Positions 56,730 to 64,000 of a DNA stretch of 64,000 nt are shown one piece after another. The stretch's first letter is position 1. Each line of letters starts with the position of its first letter. Source of the DNA: a virus. The stretch lies in IMG/VR virus record IMGVR_UViG_3300017917_004576, positions 1-64,000 of that record; one strand, given 5' to 3'. The translations under genes and the position numbers were made by a program. A model generated the notes under the pieces. That model was not told the DNA's origin and made no database searches. It saw nothing but the letters and a program-made list of their open reading frames with translations.

Positions 56730-59306
56730 ATGTTATGGTATAATATTCTAAATCCACGTAATTGGCCTGGTGTTAATATTCAAACAGGAAATAATAAAAT
56801 AGATGGAGTATATTATAATCTATTAAGTAGCAATCATGTTAGCTTAGCAGCTAGTGGTAGTATGTTCTTAGCAGCTAATAGCGGTATAAAGTTAATTAGT
56901 AAATCTTTTGTAGATACAAGCGGTATTAGAGCAAGTACTATTTTAGCAGAAAATTTTGGTAAAATTAATGCTACCGGAGGTATTATTCCATTTTATTCTG
57001 GCGTTAATAGTGGAATAGTGATTAAAAAGGATGACTCAACACTAATAACTACTGATTATATTGTATATAATACTGGTAATTTTCTATCTTTTCCAGGAGG
57101 TTCCCCTGGATCGCTATTATATCTTGTTCCTCAATTTATACAAGATGGTGTTGTCGTCCCCACAACTAGAAAAATTGCCACATTTGACTATATCAACTTA
57201 GTGCCCGAATCAACAGATGCTGAAGGAGAAATTCTTTTTCCTGCTAGCATAAGCACAAATGTTGCTATAAAGGCTAATAGTGGTATTGTGTTAGGACCAA
57301 ATAATGATCTTGAATCTTATAAAGGATATATATTAACTCACAATGGTTCTGGTAATGTTGCTCAGTGGAAACCAGCAACATATCTAAGGGAAAATTATGA
57401 TTCACAAGTCCCATATGAGGGATTAGAAGATGTTGGTTTATCGTGGATTAGATTTCCAAGAAGACCGGTATCATTTTTATCTAATAATAGAATAGCATTT
57501 TATTTATCTGATAGAACATGGTCTCCATATCCAGCTGTCACAAGTATAGAGCAGATAATTAAGGAGTTCGGTGACGGTTTGGATACTATAAGATTAGAAA
57601 ATTTGGGTGGGGATGGAGAAGAAAGACAATATGTTTTTAGTAAATTCGCCACCACTGATATTTCTCCATTTGCAGAATCTGTTCCGACTGGCTTGGTTAT
57701 AGGTCCGTATGACTTTACAGATATTTTTGAGTCAACAGAAATTTTTGACCCTATGGAAACCGTTGGCGTCGGACAGTCCCCAACACCTGTTCCTGTTTTA
57801 ATAGTACACATGTGTCCATCTGATCCATTATTACAAAGCACATTCTTAGATCAGAATGGATTTGCTTTTTCTGTTACGAAAGGTGGCTATTTACCTATGC
57901 AGTTGTCTCCGGATGCTATAGATCCACTATTGTGTCCAGATGCTACAAATTTAACTTTTAAACCATCAACATCTAATAATATTAGTATAAGACCAAATAT
58001 TTTTACTTCATTCAATATGCTTGGAGAAAATATTGATTTCTTAATTTATGGCAAAAAAACTATTCCATATAATAATTATGTTAGTGATATATATGAACTA
58101 AATGAAAATTATATTCCTAAAGGTTTAGAACCAGCTTTTAAAGTAGACGCTAATATCGAAAATTCTGTTATAGGATCTCCATCTGGTGTTGTATTTAGTA
58201 GATATTTAGATAGAAATAAAACTATTCCATCTGGATGGAGTTTTGATGATAAAGCTAAAATTAGTATAAATACTAGTGGATCATATATTTTATCTAGTAT
58301 ACCAAGTGGAAATTCTACATTATCTACATATGCAGATTTAACAATAAGTGGACACACATATTCTACAACAATAACGACAGAAGACATATATTTAAAACCT
58401 GCACCATCTCAAGATAATACAGGAAAATATATTGCTAATGCTTTATTAACTATAGATAGTAATGGAAAAATTGTATCTAGAACACCAAGAACCAATCCAA
58501 CGGTACCATCTAGACCATTGAATGTTAGAGGGTCTGTTGGTCATTACAATGCCGGTGCCGGTAATTACGAATATTCAATTCAGTGGGATGCTCCAACAAA
58601 CGATGGAAATAGTAGTATTATTAAATATTATATTCAATTTTCATTAGACGATGGATCAACTTGGACTAACGCTCAGGATACAGCCCCAAACAGCACGGCC
58701 TATATTGATAGAGGAATATCCAATCAACAATCTTGTACTATCAAAAGTGTTGGTAGCAATATTATTTTCAGAGTAGCTGCTCAAAATAAAGTTGGTATCG
58801 GATCTTATTCCGAAGCCACATCAATATTTGTAACAAATACAACCGTACCAACTTCTCCCATATCACTATCTGGAACTAGAGAAGTTATAGATACTAATAT
58901 TTCTCAAATTAATTTATCTTGGGGCGATAGCGCCCAATTAGGACTTGGTGGAGAAGCAGCGTTTTCTGGTTATGTGATAGAAGAATCAGAAGATTATGGT
59001 AATACTTGGTACTATTATAATTTACCATCTGGAAATAATTTTATCACAGATACCGACGAGACTATAACAGGCTTATCTAGTAGAAAAGATTATTTATATA
59101 GAATTAGTGCATGGAATACCAGCGGGCCTAGCGCATATTCATTTTTATATTCTTCTGGCTTGACCATAATTGAAATTGATCCAGAAGAAGGTGAGGCTGT
59201 TATTGATAATAATACTCAAACAGCAGAAGAAATACAAGAAGCAGAAGATATCTTAGGTAATTGGGATTTTGGTGTTATTTTATTCACAGGAGTGTGTAGC
59301 ATATGA
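56730..59306 (+). CDS. Tail-associated protein with two fibronectin type III domains
   Basis: WDAPTNDGNSSIIKYYIQFS...FRVAAQNKVGIGSYS; second copy ending YRISAWNTSGPSAYS. Confidence 0.75.
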   Translation: MLWYNILNPRNWPGVNIQTGNNKIDGVYYNLLSSNHVSLAASGSMFLAANSGIKLISKSFVDTSGIRASTILAENFGKINATGGIIPFYSGVNSGIVIKKDDSTLITTDYIVYNTGNFLSFPGGSPGSLLYLVPQFIQDGVVVPTTRKIATFDYINLVPESTDAEGEILFPASISTNVAIKANSGIVLGPNNDLESYKGYILTHNGSGNVAQWKPATYLRENYDSQVPYEGLEDVGLSWIRFPRRPVSFLSNNRIAFYLSDRTWSPYPAVTSIEQIIKEFGDGLDTIRLENLGGDGEERQYVFSKFATTDISPFAESVPTGLVIGPYDFTDIFESTEIFDPMETVGVGQSPTPVPVLIVHMCPSDPLLQSTFLDQNGFAFSVTKGGYLPMQLSPDAIDPLLCPDATNLTFKPSTSNNISIRPNIFTSFNMLGENIDFLIYGKKTIPYNNYVSDIYELNENYIPKGLEPAFKVDANIENSVIGSPSGVVFSRYLDRNKTIPSGWSFDDKAKISINTSGSYILSSIPSGNSTLSTYADLTISGHTYSTTITTEDIYLKPAPSQDNTGKYIANALLTIDSNGKIVSRTPRTNPTVPSRPLNVRGSVGHYNAGAGNYEYSIQWDAPTNDGNSSIIKYYIQFSLDDGSTWTNAQDTAPNSTAYIDRGISNQQSCTIKSVGSNIIFRVAAQNKVGIGSYSEATSIFVTNTTVPTSPISLSGTREVIDTNISQINLSWGDSAQLGLGGEAAFSGYVIEESEDYGNTWYYYNLPSGNNFITDTDETITGLSSRKDYLYRISAWNTSGPSAYSFLYSSGLTIIEIDPEEGEAVIDNNTQTAEEIQEAEDILGNWDFGVILFTGVCSI

Positions 59307-59845
59307 GACTTCAACTTAAAAGAGATGAAACCGGAACAGGTTTTCCAGCACCAGATCAAATAGCTGTTGGAGAATTAGTTATAAACAGTAAAACAGGTAA
59401 ATTATATACAAAATTAGTGGATGGTTCAATTATGGAATGGATAGGACAAAAAATATGTTTTGAACCTTTACCAATTATATCATTTGAATATAATAATACT
59501 AATATATCTAATATAGATAAATTTTGTTGTGCTGGAGATAACATAATTGTTAAAGTAGATAAATTAAAAATAGAACCTTTTATTTATAATTTTGATTTTA
59601 TAGAACTAACACAAAATTCTGGATCAGAATTAATATCTATCTCTGATCCAAGATTTGAAACATATACAGAAACTGTCGATGGAATCACAAGAAATATTAG
59701 GAAAGCTGTTATTCCTATTAATTTTTCTATAAAAAATACAAACTATAATAATATTAGTATGTTCAAATTTATAGTTAGTGATTCTAATCTAACAACTATT
59801 ACTGAACAAATAATCACACTTAAATGTTTGGAAGCATCACTATGA
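59303..59845 (+). CDS. Virion protein with fibre-anchor-like N-terminus
   Basis: LQLKRD..G..P..IAVGELVIN..TGKLYTK resembles the N-terminal domain of phage fibre proteins. Confidence 0.6.
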   Translation: MRLQLKRDETGTGFPAPDQIAVGELVINSKTGKLYTKLVDGSIMEWIGQKICFEPLPIISFEYNNTNISNIDKFCCAGDNIIVKVDKLKIEPFIYNFDFIELTQNSGSELISISDPRFETYTETVDGITRNIRKAVIPINFSIKNTNYNNISMFKFIVSDSNLTTITEQIITLKCLEASL

Positions 59846-60726
59846 TAAATATAAAGAATTTTAGTTTATCAGATGGTGAGTCTGGTATATTGCTAGTATT
59901 TCCACAAGTACCGCAATCTTTGCCAAATAAAGACATTTATATTATTGATTTTAAAGTTTCATCAGTTTTACCAACATTATCCCCACCGACTGTTTCATTT
60001 ATTCCGGAAAATCCCGCATATACAATAATAAAAAACAAAAATTTCTCACCAACTGTTAATATTAAAATAAAAGCTAATCATAATTTTGAAACACAGTCAT
60101 TGATTCAAAGTGTTATTAAAGATCAATATAATAATATTATTTATAATGATTATATTTTAGTTATATGTTCTCCAGTTTCAGAATTTAGTTTCAAAGGAAG
60201 ACTGTTGAGTTGGACAACATCAGAAGGCGTTGGTCCTAATGGTGGGTCTATTCTCAGAATGAATGATGCTAATGCTACTGCTTCTTTATTATCTGGAATG
60301 ATTGTTAAAGGGCCTGGAATACCGGAAGACAAAACAGTGTCAATTCGAAGCTTTATTCAGGGTAGTTCGACTGATATTGAATTATCAGAAAATTTAAATG
60401 TTTCGTTAAATAATTATTCTGGAACTTATATTTTTTCCAGGTCTTTGACATGTGCAAATAGTGAACAATTAATTAATAAAATTATACAAAATAATTATAC
60501 TATTCTAAATAAATCAAATAACTGGACGCAAACTTATGACGAACAAGTTATTGTGAAATTTGTTAGATTAGATCTATTGGATGATGATATTGAGGTCTTT
60601 TTACCCTTAAAAAATATTAGTGTTATAGTAGACAAAAATACAGCCGCTCCAATTCCCTCTGTTGCTGATATATATGGTGTTGGTAGAGTAATCAACTCCT
60701 CTATTTGCTTAGTAAATATTTCGTAG
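59842..60726 (+). CDS. Hypothetical virion-associated protein
   Basis: ORF track (ATG 59842 overlaps the upstream stop); GMIVKGPGIPEDKTV motif. Confidence 0.6.
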   Translation: MINIKNFSLSDGESGILLVFPQVPQSLPNKDIYIIDFKVSSVLPTLSPPTVSFIPENPAYTIIKNKNFSPTVNIKIKANHNFETQSLIQSVIKDQYNNIIYNDYILVICSPVSEFSFKGRLLSWTTSEGVGPNGGSILRMNDANATASLLSGMIVKGPGIPEDKTVSIRSFIQGSSTDIELSENLNVSLNNYSGTYIFSRSLTCANSEQLINKIIQNNYTILNKSNNWTQTYDEQVIVKFVRLDLLDDDIEVFLPLKNISVIVDKNTAAPIPSVADIYGVGRVINSSICLVNIS

Positions 60727-60780
60727 ATGACTTAGGTGTATATTACTTATAATTAAATTACTTTTAAGATATTAATTTAT

Positions 60781-61992
60781 ATGATTATTAATAATCAATT
60801 TTATATTTTTACATACGCTGGATCTGAACCATTAAACCTAATGGAAATTCCAGAGGAATTTAGCAATAATCCAATATTGTTATCACAATATAACACATTT
60901 ATACAATCTATAGACTCCATATATGGTAGTCAAAATATAAATGATAATATTCCAGTATTTTGGACTCGTAGGGTTTCTTTAACAGATTCTCTTGGAAATA
61001 ATAATATCGGTTATCAACCACACCCTGACTCAACTCTTACACAATTAGATTCAAAAGAATCTTATTATGTTATAGTAAGAAATTTGGATAGTCTACCTAT
61101 AATTGTTCCCATATTAGGAGATGCCGTAGCAGGATTCACTGATAATAGTCTAGCTCCAATTATAACAGGAATAAATAATATTTCTCTTTCAGCTAATTCT
61201 GGTAATAGTATTGTAATAAAACCAGAAATAGGACAACTTCAACAATATGAAACATATTCGTATGAGTACAAGGGCTTATCTGCAAATTGGCCAATTACCA
61301 TATCGCCAATATCCGGAATAATTAGGCCATCAACAGATAAGGCTAAATTAAGTTCAGTTTTATCTTTTTGTGCAACTTCTGGTTCCTGTTGTTCTTGTGT
61401 AATTGATCCAGATATAATTATGGGCAATATTAAAAATAGATGTCCTAACTTTAATGAGATAGATTTATATAGTACATTCGAATTAGAAATAAAACCAGTA
61501 TCTTTTAGTGGTATAACTGTTAAGAGCAATCCTATCACAATGGAGTGCAAAGACTGCTTACCAAGAGTACGCATTAATTTACAACAATATAGTCCATCTA
61601 TAGATCTTACATCCACAAACACTGTCAATGTTTCTTCTGTAATATCTAATTTGGAACCGACACAAAATTATACTTATGAATATGTTGGTATTGGTGGCAA
61701 TTGGCCAGCTATGTTTATAACACCAATTAGTGGAGTTATAACTTCTTACAGGCCAAATGAAGACTTTACACTAACATCAAGACTAACATTCTGTCCAACA
61801 ACTGGTCTTTGTCCATCTACGGATTCTTCTGTTTTAGATTATACTGTTGATCCAAAATTTATAGAATCTTATTACACATCTTTTGTTCTAAAAATTACCC
61901 CAAACACATGTACGGAGCCATATTATTTATTTCAAAACAGCAGTAGTGTATATAGCACGCCACTAACAATATATTGTAATGATTGCTTATAA
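60781..61992 (+). CDS. Cys-rich repeat protein
   Basis: Two copies of YxYEYxGxxxNWP..I.PISG...L.FC..(S/T)G.C...C.DCL; GTGTAT motif upstream. Confidence 0.7.
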   Translation: MIINNQFYIFTYAGSEPLNLMEIPEEFSNNPILLSQYNTFIQSIDSIYGSQNINDNIPVFWTRRVSLTDSLGNNNIGYQPHPDSTLTQLDSKESYYVIVRNLDSLPIIVPILGDAVAGFTDNSLAPIITGINNISLSANSGNSIVIKPEIGQLQQYETYSYEYKGLSANWPITISPISGIIRPSTDKAKLSSVLSFCATSGSCCSCVIDPDIIMGNIKNRCPNFNEIDLYSTFELEIKPVSFSGITVKSNPITMECKDCLPRVRINLQQYSPSIDLTSTNTVNVSSVISNLEPTQNYTYEYVGIGGNWPAMFITPISGVITSYRPNEDFTLTSRLTFCPTTGLCPSTDSSVLDYTVDPKFIESYYTSFVLKITPNTCTEPYYLFQNSSSVYSTPLTIYCNDCL

Positions 61993-62003
61993 GGTTTTTA
62001 ATT

Positions 62004-63143
62004 ATGAAAAAAAATAATAACTTTAATCTATCTATTCCAGTTAGTGGATTAATAAAAAGAGAAGATTATAGATACGATATAGTCGGACTTGGTGGGAATT
62101 GGCCCGTTATAGCGTTGCCTCCTAGCGGTTCTTTTACAGCAACAAGTAAAACTAGAAATATAGATACTACTATTATATTTTTACCCACAACAGGATCATC
62201 TCACAATCAAAACTATTTAGATTATGATCTATTAACTTGTGGGTATCAAACAGACGAAGTATTCACGAATATATCTGCCAAAGTCACTAGTTTGGGAGAT
62301 GGGTCAATTATTCAATCTCCGGTTCAACTTGTTAAATGCTCGGGATGCGTTTATCAAATGGGTGTTGATATTTCTGGATGTGGCAGTCAAAACTGCGAAA
62401 CTATTCCTAGTAAAATTACTTTAACGTCATCTAATATAGTTAGTATTACTGGGATAGCTAGTGGATTATTACCTAATGCGAAATATAATTATAGTTTTAC
62501 ATGTAATGATAGTAATTGGCCTAGCATATTAAAACCCATTAGTGGATCATTTATTGCGTCACAAGATGGAACAGAAACTATAGTTAGCAAATTAATGTTT
62601 TGCTATCCTTCCGGAAATTGTCCCAGCGGAACATCGAATTTATTACCATATACTCTTGATAGTATGGCTGAAAAAGATCTTAATAATAAAAAACTTCATA
62701 CGAACTTGACATTGAGTATACTATCGGAGTGTGGTGATTTAGCAACTAGTAAAGAGACCGCTATAGAATGCGATAATTGTCTACCGTGTGTTAGATACGC
62801 TAATATTGTTTTTAGTGGATCTCCATTAATAACGCTAGAACCAGGATGTTGTCAAGGTCAAAAATTTATGAGCGTTAATGTTAGTAATGCTATTCCTGGA
62901 GAAAAATATACTTATAATTTTGATAGTATTCCTTCTAGCGGCACACAGTTTTTAACATTTAGCCCAAGTAGTGGGGAGATTTATTTTGGGAGTGGCGGAT
63001 ATGGAAAAATAAATACTATAATGAGTACCAATCTTACTGATTATGCTCAAACTTTATTAACTGTTGAACTGATTCATACAAATACAAATATAAAGGTTCA
63101 TGACACTGTTGGATTAGCTTGCAGAAGTGATTCGTGTGATTGA
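62004..63143 (+). CDS. Cys-rich repeat protein, paralogue of 60781..61992
   Basis: GGNWPVIALPPSG, SNWPSILKPISG...FCYPSGNCP...CDNCLP; ATG 62004 after AAGG. Confidence 0.7.
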   Translation: MKKNNNFNLSIPVSGLIKREDYRYDIVGLGGNWPVIALPPSGSFTATSKTRNIDTTIIFLPTTGSSHNQNYLDYDLLTCGYQTDEVFTNISAKVTSLGDGSIIQSPVQLVKCSGCVYQMGVDISGCGSQNCETIPSKITLTSSNIVSITGIASGLLPNAKYNYSFTCNDSNWPSILKPISGSFIASQDGTETIVSKLMFCYPSGNCPSGTSNLLPYTLDSMAEKDLNNKKLHTNLTLSILSECGDLATSKETAIECDNCLPCVRYANIVFSGSPLITLEPGCCQGQKFMSVNVSNAIPGEKYTYNFDSIPSSGTQFLTFSPSSGEIYFGSGGYGKINTIMSTNLTDYAQTLLTVELIHTNTNIKVHDTVGLACRSDSCD

Positions 63144-63161
63144 CCAACTAAGGACTAAGAT

Positions 63162-63500
63162 ATGACAGATATTTTTGTTTCTACAGATATTATTCCGATT
63201 CAATTAAATAATTTATTAATATGTCATGAGTATCTTGTAACCTATAAAATACACTATGCTCAAAATCAATATAATGCTAATTTAGATAAATATTCTTTTA
63301 ATTTTAGAGCAGCTAGTTCTGTTAAAAATATTTTTGTTTTACTCACCAAAGATACGAGAATTAGTAATCTATTGTTAGAGGTTAATGTTTTTGATATTAA
63401 TGAAAATAATAGTTTAACTTATAGTAATTTTATTAAGTGTCCAGATTATAATAGTTGTGATCCTCCTATACCTACTCCCACACCAACAGTAATAGTATGA
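63162..63500 (+). CDS. Hypothetical protein ending in a PTPTPT linker (possibly truncated)
   Basis: ORF track; an out-of-frame Asp-box fragment follows immediately. Confidence 0.6.
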   Translation: MTDIFVSTDIIPIQLNNLLICHEYLVTYKIHYAQNQYNANLDKYSFNFRAASSVKNIFVLLTKDTRISNLLLEVNVFDINENNSLTYSNFIKCPDYNSCDPPIPTPTPTVIV

Positions 63501-63567
63501 ATGGACAAGCATATATTAGTAATGATAGTGGAATTTCTTGGACACAAAAAAATATTTAATATAAAAT

Positions 63568-64000
63568 ATGGTATACAATCAATTAAATTTACAACAAGAT
63601 AATTTTACTACTCAGAGTGTTGGGAATACACCTAGGATAGTAATAAATTATAATGGAATTGATATTCATAGTATAACTGGACCAGTTCCTGTTGTTGATA
63701 TTAGTTATAGTTTTAATAATAATGGTAATGATCTAGCCGAAAGCGTAACAACAAATGTAACTCTTATTGGTAAAATTCTTAGATGGCCAGAAGGTCAAAA
63801 TATTGGTGGTGTAGATACTAATAAAGCAATGCCAGGATTTAGTGGTATTATAGCTGGTGTTAGTGGATTGAGAAAAATTTTTACAGACGAACCGTATGGT
63901 GTTCTGAAATTTAAGTGCGGCTCTTCAATATTACATGAAATAAGTGGATTAAGAGCACGAGATATACAAATTAATAATACAGAAGATAATTGGGCGCAAA
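63568..64000 (+). CDS. Hypothetical tail-tip-region protein, runs off the window end
   Basis: Open frame from ATG 63568 (MVYNQLNLQQDNF...GPVPVVDISYS...VTLIGKI...) with no stop before 64000. Confidence 0.65.
   Translation, partial: MVYNQLNLQQDNFTTQSVGNTPRIVINYNGIDIHSITGPVPVVDISYSFNNNGNDLAESVTTNVTLIGKILRWPEGQNIGGVDTNKAMPGFSGIIAGVSGLRKIFTDEPYGVLKFKCGSSILHEISGLRARDIQINNTEDNWAQ

Noticed and set aside
8571-62424. Numerous short antisense or alternate-frame ORFs within the structural genes
   Set aside because: They are fully nested in long plus-strand genes and mirror their codon bias, with no independent expression signals.
2480-64000. Stop-codon reassignment
   Set aside because: Coding density is high under the standard code, with very long uninterrupted ORFs, and TAA, TAG and TGA all end genes.

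Overview
The window is part of a large, AT-rich tailed-phage (Caudoviricetes) genome; no host-like housekeeping genes, integrase, tRNA, rRNA or CRISPR array were seen. (1) 1-2420: a visibly more GC-rich array of seven small minus-strand genes, separated by three copies of a fixed-geometry non-coding module. Each module has a sigma54-like -24/-12 element (outside the window for copy 1), 11-7-11 inverted-repeat sites, a TCTCA-N3-TGAGA palindrome and three GCATTTTGC boxes. (2) 2480-7669: GDP-fucose synthesis genes (fcl, gmd), a sigma-factor-like gene, HNH and ERCC4 nucleases. (3) 7662-64000: a plus-strand morphogenesis operon with terminase, portal, protease/scaffold, decoration protein, major capsid protein, an inserted homing-endonuclease-like gene, fibre proteins, neck and tail genes, a 5586-aa tape measure protein carrying enzyme-like cargo domains, and tail-tip/receptor-binding candidates. 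No sheath gene is recognisable, so a siphovirus-like tail is likely. A GTGTAT motif recurs ahead of structural genes as a probable late promoter. All protein calls rest on motif recognition and gene order, not database searches. A Planctomycetota/PVC host is only a weak inference.
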